A stretch of 64,000 nucleotides of DNA from Phallusia mammillata (lineage: Eukaryota): assembly GCA_965637545.1 (NCBI GenBank), contig OZ281500.1:22196001-22260000 (forward strand), given 5' to 3'. The first letter of the stretch is position 1. Each line of letters opens with the position of its first letter. Shown one piece after another: positions 1-12,400 of this stretch. A model generated the notes under the pieces. That model saw only the letters and a list, made by a program, of their open reading frames with translations, was not told the origin of the DNA and searched no databases. The position numbers and the translations under genes were made by a program.

Positions 1-427
1 TCAAATTCTCAAAAAGCACAACCCTTCCTTTCAAAGCTAGCCCAAAAGACGCAACTACCAAGAAAATTAAAAATAATCCCAATTATACTGCACGTAAAAA
101 ACACATAAATGTATTTTGGCTTACAAAAACACAACACACAACTTATAAAAACAACCAGAAATTAAACAAAAGCGCCGACCCAGGTAACAGTGCTTCTTGA
201 TGATCAAAAAAAGGGTAAGTGGAAAAAACGGTTGAAGGAACGATAAATTGGTCAAAGCTTTATTGTTTACAGCAGGTGTACTGACAAATTACTCCGAAAA
301 AAACTGAACACAACAATATAGGTTCTTGTGAAATAAACAACAGTGTTTTGCCACAAAATAAATCATTTTTTCGTGGCATAAATATCACTGAGTGTATTTT
401 ATAACCTCAGATCTTTCATTTTCTCAC

Positions 428-3400
428 CATGTCAATATTCTGTGCATTGTTATTCTGGTTGTGGTCGTCATGGAGAAGTGACGTTCCAACACCTGCCAAG
501 TTGCCAAGGTTACCGCCAGACTCGTGACCACCTACGTCACAACAACATACGTCACAGGTTAGCCTTTCCTCGCAAATATAGGTCTTGTTAGGCGAAAGAT
601 AGAAACGTAAACAACAGTATTGTTACACAAACAATCGCGTCTATCACCTGCTTGTGACGAAACAATAGTGAAAGTGTCGTGTGAACCGCTGAGCAATCTT
701 CCACTGTTTTCCGACGATGTCTGTAAAATTAAAATGAATAATTTAAAGGTAACAGTTCTCCTTTAAGCCAGGTAACAAGTTTAACAATGACGGTCCCTTT
801 AAGTGGCAGAACCACTTCCAAAGGGAAAGATGTAACATGTACTCAGAAGAATAGATTAAGAGATTTAACAAAGCCTTAGAACAGTTGTGACAACTCGTTT
901 AAACCAGGATGGGCAACCAGCCCAATTAAAGAAATATTGTGGACCAATCCATTTTTTGAGTAAGAATAAAATGAGCATAGCCTGCAGGAGATTTTGGCCT
1001 AAACTATATTTCTACAAAACAGAATTTCAAGAAGTGACATATAATATTTGACAGCTAACACTTCCAACTCCTAAACATTTCTTTCGAACACAATTATGTA
1101 CTACTATTTCCAGCTTAGCACCGACTGTTATGGACATCTAGTTGACTATCCAAACAGTCATCATAAAAACACAGTTGAGAACCATAGCCTTGAAGAATAC
1201 CGTAGGCCAGTGGTTCTCAAACTTTTTTTGTTTCGACGCCCCTGGAAAAGTTTTCTAGGCTTGCGACTCATCAGCAAATAAAAGTTAATGAGGAAACTTA
1301 TTATTAAAGTTGTGTTTATTGATACAACAACAAAAAGCCACGAAACAGAACTATTCTGCGACGCCCTTGGAAGATTGAAACGACGCATCAGGGTGTCGCG
1401 ACGCACAGTTTGAGAACTACTGCCGCAGGCGTAGAGGGTTTGCCTAGTATTCATTGTCAAAGTAGTCAAATATATTTAACCATGAACTTTTACCTCTTTC
1501 AGTTGATAGAGTGAACCATCTCCAGTTATCAAGTTCAACGTCTCAGTGCTAAGTCTGGGACCCAGAAGTCGTGCAAGTGTGGGAGCTGAGGTTGTACTTT
1601 GAGAAGTTGCAAGTTGATTTGAACCAGCCTGTTGTTGCTGCTGGGTTCGTGGAATCGGAAACATGAAAGCACTAAGCAGAAAAAAATATAGGTATGTTTA
1701 AAAACTATACGTTAGGGTAGGACGGAACGTTATTATGCTTTGCTTGTTTATAACAGAGGGCAAAATAAGTACAAATGGTTTTAAACAAAACTTGAAACAC
1801 ATGTGTTGATCTAAATTCAAAAAGATTTTACTAACAAGTTTTTATTGATAAAATGAAATTTTAAAGAGTGCATTTTAGAAATTGTGTAAGACAGGGACAT
1901 AATTTAGGCAAAAAAATAAGAACGTAAGGACAATTTTATTGCAAATCAAATCCGGTTTTTGCAAGTTTTTGTTTTATTGCTTAAGAAAAAACAAACATAT
2001 TCTTAAAGAAAGCAAAAAATATTTAAGCTTATGGCAAGAAAAAGCATGATAGTTGGATTGGAATTCCAAATAACCCAAAACCGCTAATTAAACAACAAAA
2101 AGCTGACTTTAAAAAAACGGAAACACATCACGCAATTCATCCAAAAAAATGTTAAAGATAAACGATCGACTTTACCTCTGTGTTCCCGGTTGCAGAGTGA
2201 CAGTGTTAAGTGTCGGAGTTGTTACACTTGAAAGTTGAACTGTGGTCGTGTTGTTGCTTGTTGAGGGTGGGGGTTGGGGGCGTTGGGTCTGGGGCGGAAG
2301 TGGGGGTGGCCCCTGGGGTTTGGGAACCACGGTGTCCTGGATAAAAACAAAAATGTTGCAATGCCCCATTGTGTTTAATTCCTTTGAAGATACTGATAAA
2401 TCGTAAACGCAAATGGAACAATATCTTTGATTACCATTGGGGCAAACTGTTCGAAACTTATAAAATCGTGCAGTTTACGTGTTTGAAACAATAACGCAGG
2501 TCGTGACAACCCATAATAACGTTTTACTTTTTTTTAAACAATGTATCGCAGTGGACACTGTCATTAGAGGCCCAATCATTCGTTATCGCGCAGTATTTCG
2601 TTGCGTTGTGACTTGCTTACGTTTAATCTTTTTCGTTTGTGTATCGTGCACCGTATTACGCACATTCAGTGCTATTTACCCTGATGAAGGCGACCTGCAT
2701 AGAACGCCGAACGTCGAAATAAAAATACAATTGCCAGAAGAGATCCATAAACTTGATATTATGCCTGGCAGCAATATCTTATATACATATTAAACATCAT
2801 TTTATTGATGAGTTTTACCAATTGATATAGTTTTCATCGGTGCATCTTGCCATTATTCTTTATTTATTGTATACAGTTGAGATGAAAACAAATTTAACTG
2901 GGAGCAGCACTAAAGCGTTCATGCAGACCAACGTACGCCTTGCCATATGGGAATGCTTGGTGACCGGCTGATTCGGTATGACGCCTTTAATAGGCCTGGC
3001 GTATATCATTTTCATTGTATACAAGTAATATTGCTACTAGTTTTGACAATATATGTATGTTTTTGTTTATCAGATTGGTTAAACAACAAGAATATGTCTT
3101 AAAACACAGTCATTTTATTTCATTTTTCCATAGAGGCGGACTCAATGGCGATAGAAACCATTGTAACACGTTGAAATGAGTAAAAAGCCTTTCTGCGGTA
3201 CGGAAAAAGTACTTACGCTGACTCTTAGTTCAGGCCAGTGTTTGATCGGGATGTTATTAACGGAACCGACAGCGTACAAGGATTTGTCTTGCTCCAACTG
3301 CCACGGTTGCTGTAGCAACGGAATCTGGTACTTTGTGGTCGGTTGTAGAGGACGAGTCTATTAAAGGAACAAATGTAAATATAAAACAATACGAGAGAAA

Positions 3401-6400
3401 TCCGATTAATGGCATAACCAATTTTTCTATGCAATTGTCCGAAATATGCAAAAACGAAACGATTTTCTCGACAAATGGGTATTTGGACTATACGATCGGT
3501 ATGTAATTAAACAAATTATTTTGTTAAACGGTATGCTTTTAACTGGATTTGTTTGTACCCAAAGTTGGTGTATTTTGACGTCGCAACAATATGGTACACG
3601 AAACTGTTACCAGGACGCAGCAATAGGTGCAACGGGACGTTTTTAGGCACTTTTTAAAGTTGCAAGAACGATGAACTTCTTGACCTATTAGCTATCGTTT
3701 TAATATTGCAGCGCTGCTATTCAATCGCTACATAAGCTTACCACAGTAACAGTAGCAGGTCTTCTCCCGTCTTCAGCAAATAGCTCCTGATATTGTAGAA
3801 TGTAAAGGTTGGCTCTGTGTTCGGTACCGAGCGGAAACCTGGAGTTTAAAAACATTACTTTTAAAAACATATTTCTTGGCCCAGAAGCTTTTAAATTAAC
3901 CAAAACACCAACATTATTGATCCAAAATATGCCAAAATTATTAATTGTCCATTTTTTGAAGGATGTTTTTACAATCTTAAGGCTTATAACGAAATCTGAA
4001 TTTTTGACTAAGTTTCGTTTGGCGTTTATTCCTGTAGGTGTAGGCAGGTTTTTTTTTAAGGTTTGGTTTGGGTGACCGCTAAGTAGTTTTAAGAGACCGC
4101 AAGTGTTTTATTTAAATACCAAAAAATATCCATATTTGCTTAAACGAATTATTTATTAGGCTACTGGCAAATTTTGGGAAACCGCTGGAGAAATTTGGGG
4201 GAACGTTTCGGTCCCCCAAAACACCTTAAAAAACACACTGGGTGTATGCCAACTTATACTGAGTTAAATAACACTAACTTCGAATAACTTTTTTCCGTTT
4301 TGTTTTCTCCAGATCGATACAAAAACTTCCTTACTCCAATTCTTTGCTCATTACAAACAATGTCACCTGCAGCTACTTGAGATTCCACCCGTAGTTTCAA
4401 CAACTTGTTGGAAATACTTGTTAGATTGCAACTTGCCGAAGTATTGCATGTCTGAGGGCCGTTGCAGGATTGTTATGAGGGAATAAACTTCACGATTTTG
4501 TCCTTCCGACTTTAAGTGAATGTGCTGAACTTCAAGCTAATATGGGAAAAAACAAAATATGAAACTGTGACAATCTTTCGCTTCATAAGCGAAATGTCTC
4601 GGCCAAGTTTTGCAAATTGTTTTCGTCATATCATTAAACTACATAAACAAAACGATTTTGCTTTCGTAACAAGCATTAATCAAGCGTTGGAGAGTTTAAC
4701 ACTTAAAAATAAAAATAAAGAGCAGTAATAAGAAACGGGAGTTTTATTTTCACAAAGTGCATTTTTACGTTTGCTACTGAAACAAAAATCGAGTGATGTG
4801 GTCCTATCGGGGAAAGGGAATTATAATAATACATTCAACCTATCAATAACAGTTGCTAAATTTTCACTTTATTTTACATATTTTTGTTGTGTAGTCTAAC
4901 AAGGTTTAAATAATTTTTAATTTTAATTTTTTTAAACTTTTTGGTTCGTCTTTGGGTTCCACTGGGTTGAAGCAATAAGTTTATTGCCCTGGGAAACACA
5001 AGTGGTCGACACAGGATTAGAAGCCACAGCCTTGTGAACACAAGACGGTTGCGCTAACCATTCGGTCATCTTAGCAACCGATTAGAAAAACGGTATTTAA
5101 TTCTTTTGACTGTGATAGGTTTTACACTAAGTTGCAAAATAAGCTATAAACATACCATGTCGGTGTCAGATATAGATTGTGGTTGTCTGTTGAGCATTTT
5201 CACGCAATTCTTAATTCCCAAACCGCTAGTGGGCAGTGAAGAATCCACTGGGTTCTTATGCCACAAGTCGGTTATCTGTAAAATGGAGAATAAACTTTTT
5301 TACAATGACTGGTGAATATTGCAGACAAACCTATAGCCAAACCATAATAGTCAGAAAATGTAACAACTTTTTCCGATAAATATAATACAAATATACAGTA
5401 GGTATAAACACTCTTTGGAATTCTTACCTTATGGTATAACAACACATACTGCATTCGCTGTTAATGTTACAGAAAACCTTGGTTAATCCGGCCCCATTTG
5501 GACCAAAAAGTTTGTCCGGATTAAGCGAAGATCCGGATTAACTGATGTCGATTAGTTCAAGCCTTATCACATTACAAATCATTTGTACCTCAAGTTTTGT
5601 CCGACTTAAGCCAAGACGCGGATTAACCGAGGTATACTGTATTACGAACGGGTTCTTGACATTAAATACAAGATCAGTTTTTTTCTCATTTACAACTAGT
5701 TTTCTGAGCATTAGGAAATTCAAAGCACTAACATGTATCACATACGTTTTTCGGGAGTCGAATATCGTTTGAGGATGACGTTTTCTCACTCTTCTCTTTC
5801 CTCCTCTGAAGAAAGTCGAAGAGCTTTAGAGCAGGAGGAGCAGCTCTACTCCTCTGCTCTTTTCTCCTTCTCATTGCGTTCATCCCATTTCTCCTAATGC
5901 ATCTGAAAAAAGTACAAAAGAAACCAGTGTTTATTTACAAATTTGTCAAAATCTATTTTCATTTCAACTAAATTGGGATTGCCGTTGTTAAATATAATGT
6001 AAAATAGCAAAGATACCGAAAAACTTCTCCCTGTTTATCCTTAATTTAGTGTAAAAATGATTAGAACAAACAAGAAGCTCCTTATCCACAATAGGCTAAA
6101 ATTTCTACAACACCAACGGTTTGCTTTTTTTAGTTTAATTAAACCATAATTTTTTAACGAAAGAGACAAACCGACAAAAAAAATACATTTGCCTGCTTAA
6201 TGAAAGAGAAACAATAATTGATTTTCACTGTACCTTCTCATTGGATGGGTCCTGAACGGTTTATTTTGCTGCTCGGCAATATTTTTGATCACCGCTACAG
6301 TAGGTGAAGGGTCAAGACACAGCGGATCCGAAGTGCTCAGGATTAAAAAACTCTCAAGAGCCAATCTAAAAAAGAAACATACGGTGTTAGTACAGTGTTA

Positions 6401-9400
6401 AGTCTCGGACAAATCTGTTTCTTTTCTAATACACCGTTAATGAAAGGTGATTTTATACAATACCCCGCCAGGTTCGTGCGGTCGGTTGCGATCCTACGGC
6501 AGAAAACATCCAGAAAACGGAATTCAACCAACATTTAAATAACAGGACACTTGACTCGATAACCTACGTTTTTTCGGTGTCCTTGCTGTTTACTTAACTG
6601 CTCAAGAATGGAACTGTGATGATGATGTGACAATGCAAATAAAATCTTGACTTGACAATTTCTCTGACATTTTTAACAGTTATAGTAAACCCCGGTTAAA
6701 CCGTATTTGGGAAATCCGGATCTTTGTCTAATTCGGACGAACTTGAGGTAGAAACTAGAAGGGTGGCTTAGCACATATTGCCCTTGCATATACACTATAA
6801 CCTATTTTAAAACATAAATATATTTCCTTTGCTTATTTTGTATTGGGTCCCATATTAGCCATCGTCTTTTATAACTTTAGTCGTTTCTGCAGGCAAAAAC
6901 TCATGGGTCCCCACACATGCAAAGTTGAAAATAATGCAATTCAAGAGATAACCATGAGAAAGTCTGGTGTTGTAAGGTAAAACACAGTGATCGGCACTGG
7001 GCTTAAATAATAATACTATGTAGAATACAAACTACAAAATTAGATTCACCCCAGATATTGTTTGAAGTATGTCCTATTTAATGTTTTAAAAAACTGACCC
7101 ATTTTAGGAGGCTAGTAGGGCAACTAATTCGGTTCGACACACAAACTAAAAAATATATAAAAACCACAATGACTCAATCAATAGTACTGCAAAATTTCAG
7201 CCCAATCCGCCAATGTTTAAAATTTCGACCACTAGAGGTGTTTTGAGCAACAACCGTTACTGTTTCTGACGTCATAGGGCTGTTAACAAGCCCCTAACTG
7301 CCATGGCGCAAAAACAACCACCAAGCAACCCACCAACGAGCAACATACAACTGGTTGCCCTTGTAACACTATTGCTCCAAAGAAATCTTTCGTCTGTGGT
7401 GCCCAGTAACATACAAATACGTTTTACACTTTAGGGGCTTGTGGGGTAAATGTAGGACTACAGGGTTGAACACAACAATCGACACCTATAAATGGCATAC
7501 TATACAAGAAATCCAAATTTCAGCCAATTCTGACACTGTTTAAAAACTCACCCATTTTAGGGGGCTAGCGGGGTAAATACTGGGGTTATCAACAAAAACA
7601 AAGTGGGATGCACATCTACATGAATATATCTACCATCTGTGTAAATTTCAGCCAAATCCATCAAACATTTGATGGAAAAACGAGTCGGACAAACTTTGGG
7701 TAAAAACACCCATTTTAGGGGGCGAGCGGGGTAAATACTGGGGTTATCAACAAAACCAAAGTGGGATGCACATCTACATAACTATATCTACCATCTGTGT
7801 AAATTTCAGCCAAACACATCAAACATTTGATGGAAAAATGAGTCGGACAAACTTCCGGGAAAAAATACCCATTTTAGGGGGCTAGCGGGGTAAATACTGG
7901 GGTTATCAACAAAAAAAAGTGGGATGCACATCTACATAACTATATCTACCATCTGTGTAAATTTCAGCCAAATCCATCAAACATTTGATAGAAAAACGAG
8001 TCGGACAAACTTTGGGAAGAAAAAAAAGGAAGAAAAAAAAAGAAAACAAAACAAAACAATTCGAGTAAAATCAATATGTGTCCCCTTCAGGGAAGGGGAC
8101 CCATAATGATTGTAACGTGGTAAGGCATTAACTAATCGACATCGGTTAAGCACGATCTTCGCATAATTGGGAATTTTTGGTTTACTGTATGTGTGTTTTT
8201 AACAAACAACGAAGATGTTATTTGACCGACCTGTCTTCATTAGTCCATTGATATTGGTGAGAAGTCTCGTTGACTATCGAGTTCACATCGCCCAATAACG
8301 TCTGTAACAAACAAAATACGATGAGCTTAAAATTTGTTGATATTCAAGTTATATTTAGGTTAAAAATAATCAAGCTTTTGGTCATTTATTAAAAATTCCT
8401 ATTTTTCAAAATTTATGTTTATTGATAAAAAATATTGACCGAAACAAGGTAATTGCATGATTGTTAAAAATTTGGTATTTTTTCACACTGTTTCGCATGG
8501 TTTGATTGCAGTGTTTTGCGATGCTTAGTCAATACGGGTAATAATAAGATGCCTGTTTTGTGTAAATTTTTGTGCGTGATTTCAATGATGGTGGGTGTTT
8601 TAAAAACCTACAGGAATTTTAATGCAGGTCTGAAGACTTTGAAACTCACATGACAAAAAACACGTTTGATGGGCCTGTGAGTTCAATGATGGGTTAACCG
8701 AGGTCAAAATGTACAGTGCGTAAAATCACACACCATGCTGTAACTTGTGCAACTTTGAAGAAGTTTAAACCATTATTTCTTGACCAAATTTACTGAATAA
8801 ACTTGCGTGAAACAGTCCAATAACAACACCACATAAATAGGGTACAAACTTGTCAATATGTACTGGATTTAAAACACATAAAAGCCACCAAAATCACCAC
8901 AAAAATTCAGCGAGTTTTGCACATAAAACCTTCGTGGGATTTTTTATTTTCATTTGTACAGGATTACAGGCCCCGTTGGTTAGGGTGGTACTTCACTGTG
9001 GCAAGCACACAATAGCTATCGAACCTCAATTTAATTCGATGTGGCCCGACATTTCAACACAAGAGTGCCAGTGTCAAGGGTTATTAAGGTGGCCGCGATA
9101 AACGGATAAAGGGATGATTTTATTGCGACTTCAGCTCGGACAGTTATAATAGAAACATATTACCGTTAGCAGAAGTTCAAAATTGAAATTTAATATCGCT
9201 AAGGTTAGTGCTATAGCTACAATAGTAAATTGCACGCTTAAAGCAAGATTTTTGTTGGTTAAAAAAATCGCTATTGGCAATATGGTGCACAAATCATAAA
9301 CCATTTTGGTATAGAAGGCCAATTTTATGACATTTTTTTTCCTTTACCAACAAACATAAGTTTGATTAGGTATTCTAAGTTTAAAGGCGTTATGAAGAAT

Positions 9401-12400
9401 ATATATTTGTGCAAACTTGACCAGCTAATAAACCTTCCAGTTAGCTAAATAGAACAGTATTTACTTTGAAATTCGCCTTTTATCGCAGAAATGTCCACTA
9501 TTATGCTTTTATATATGTTTTGGCTTTGATAGGAAAACCACAAAAACTTTAACTTCAATTTTTGTGTAACATTTTTTGCAATTTTAGAAATAGGGTTTGG
9601 TTTTCTGTGCATAAGTGTATAAAAAACATCTGTAAAACAAAGTCACTGGTCTTGCGTTGCGGCAAAATGCTAGAGAACACATTGACCTTTTCAACAGTAA
9701 GAATAGCGGTAAGCCAAAGTCGTAACCACAAGATTGTAGCTATTGTTGCTTGAGATTAAAGTAGTGTCAACAATTCCGCTTTGAGCCTATTGTTGTCCAA
9801 ATCAGATTGTTGGGGCCGAAACCGACTTTAGATGTTTTGAAGTGGACAGAACGAAGCAATAAGTAGCCGGATGTAAAGCAAAGGAGAAAATATGAGGCAA
9901 AAATGTTTCAACCCAACTATGAGTGTGATACGTTCCCACACCACAGTGATGTATTCAATACTGGGCTTTTGAAGGTTGGGTTTGAAGCTAGTATATTAGA
10001 TTCTCAGCTTAGAGGAACAGTTACTTTGAGGAACAACTGACAAGTATTTGGATTCTAAGTCAAAGGAAGAAAAGTACAGTTAACATCGGTTAATCCGGAT
10101 CTTTGCCTAATTCAGATAAAACTTTCAGATGATTTGTAGTGTGGTAAGGCTTTAACTCATCGACATCGGTTAATCCGTGTCTTCGCCAAATCCGGACAAT
10201 GTTTTCAGTTGGGTCCGGATTAACCGAGGTTTACCGCATTTGAATAAGACGGAAGCAGTCAATGCCTTTTATAGGCGAAATAAATGTTTCTGTTTAGAAA
10301 GTTTCACTGACGCTGATCGTCTGCCGCTCTTCTTGTGTATATTTTGTATATTTCTTAGGTCCGTCGGTCACCACCCTGTTACACAGGCTGACTCGTGTAG
10401 TCTGTTATGACATTTTACTTACAAGGTTTTTTACAAAGTAGCCAAGGCGCAAAACCCACAATAAAATCGCAGAAGGTGATAGTTTAGCAAAAGTTAAGAA
10501 ATAAAGTAACTTTGAGATAGTAAATTTTGCTTTCAACTATCATGAAAAGACGATGCAAAACTAAAAACGGTCACAAAGATAGCGGATACAAGTGAGTTCA
10601 AATACCACCGTTGGCTAGATTTCACCAACTTAAGCTTTACATTCAGCCGTGTACACGAGTAAGGTTACAGCAATTGTTCAACAATTATTGGCCAGTGTTC
10701 AATTTATGTTAGTGTGAATTTAGTACATATTTGTCTGTTTGCACAACAAAATTTTTGTCTTTGCAGAATATGTAGCAAAAGATCTATAAAACTATATTTA
10801 TTTCAAAAAATCTGAAACCTTGATTTCCAAATTCACAATGATTGGAGCAGCGTTTCAGACCCTTGTATTTGTCATCATTACGACAAGTACGAATGCTCAA
10901 CAAACAGTCGATATTGTCAAGCATTGCCCGTCGTCGTGTATGTGTGACAACGTAGAACGATTTGTAATGTGTGACGAAAAACAACTTTCAACAGTTCCGG
11001 GGCCTCTTCCTGAAGGCACAAAAATGCTGGGCCTTTCCAAGAACGCTTTCCAAACTCTGACAACTGCTACGTTCAAGGGAATAGGCATCGGGAGCACTCT
11101 TAGCTCGTTAGTTCTATACGGAAACTATATCAGTGATATACAGCCCGGGACATTTGCAGGGCTTGAGAATTTGCAATATATTTGGTTGTTTAAGAATAGA
11201 TTGACCAGGATTCAGGCTAACACTTTTGAACAACTACGCCATCTAACGGAATTGGATTTAAGCAGGAATCAGTTGACCCTGATTGAGAATGGAGCCTTCA
11301 ATGGACTTGAGGAGTTAAAGATATTACAACTGTGGGGAAATCATTTGACTACGTTGTCACCTGATGCGTTCGTTGGCATGCCAGTATTGGGCAACCTTAC
11401 GCTTGGTACAGTACTTCACAAAAATTCCTAAATTTGTTTGCTACAATAATTTTTTTCATTTCAATTTATTTTTACTTTTTTATTTTTGATAAAAAATTCA
11501 AAATACAGTACAAAATTTTAATATTTTGAAATTTGAGTGCCTCAACTTGCATGAAGAAAAAAACACAGCTTTAAATTTAATGGATTTAAACTCAATATGA
11601 AAAAATTCCTTGTTTGGTAGGGATAATATTTTTAAAAAGGGTAAAAAGCACACTGCCCAATGATAGAAGGCTTTTTTAGTGCACATACTTTATACTAAAA
11701 AATTGGGGAAGTTCAAAGCTACATTCACTGCAAAATCAACAAACAAGAAATTGGTCATTTTAAAACAACAAGTGCCCTATTTACTTCTAAACAAGATGTT
11801 TTACAGCTAATACAAATACGTCCTTCTGTTTAGGTGACAATCTTATGACTGAGATACCGACCTCATCTTTCAAACCACTTCGCAACCTAACTTCCATTGA
11901 ACTACTCAATCTACGTATCACACACATAAGAGCGAATGCATTTAGTACTTTAATCAACTTGGAAAAATTGCACATTGGAGATTGGCCATATCTCCAGTCT
12001 ATCGGTAAGTCATGAAATATGACTATGGTTTACTTAAGTTTTACAATGCAACATTAATGCAGTTCAGTGGTTCATACTATATGTTATACTTTTCTAACTT
12101 CAGGGAATCAACAACAAAATGATCAAAACTTTTCAATTTCAAGATAGCTTTAAATTTAGACAACAAATATGAATTTTGTTTAATTGTTTAAAATTCCTGT
12201 ACAATTAGATAATCAGGCTTTTGCTGGCTTGGAAAACCTACAGTATATTTCACTGTATAACTGTCAACTTAAAGAGGTTCCACAAATTGCATTGCAACAT
12301 CTGCCAAATTTACAACATCTCATGCTAAGCAATAACGAAGATCTACACCAGTAAGTCTAGTTTAGGCAGCGTTGGGCAACATTTACATTCCAAATACAGT

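Noticed and set aside
2479-2793. 104-aa plus-strand ORF
   Set aside because: GTG start, no recognisable motif, lies in a SUPT20H intron on the opposite strand, and has no consistent partner exons.
4313-4490. Strong plus-strand acceptor followed by an open frame
   Set aside because: It is the antisense of a real SUPT20H exon (4367-4536).
6616-6670. C/D-box-like pattern (tgatga ... ctga with tgt/aca ends)
   Set aside because: It is on the strand opposite the host intron and has no recognisable rRNA guide sequence.
7551-8015. Regularly spaced repeats as a possible CRISPR array
   Set aside because: Whole ~158-bp units repeat with no unique spacers, there are no cas genes, and the context is eukaryotic.
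10238-10248. atttgaataag, matching the 3' part of the Ciona spliced leader as remembered
   Set aside because: Only 11 AT-rich nt, not followed by a GT donor or Sm site, and it sits at a MITE edge; probably chance.
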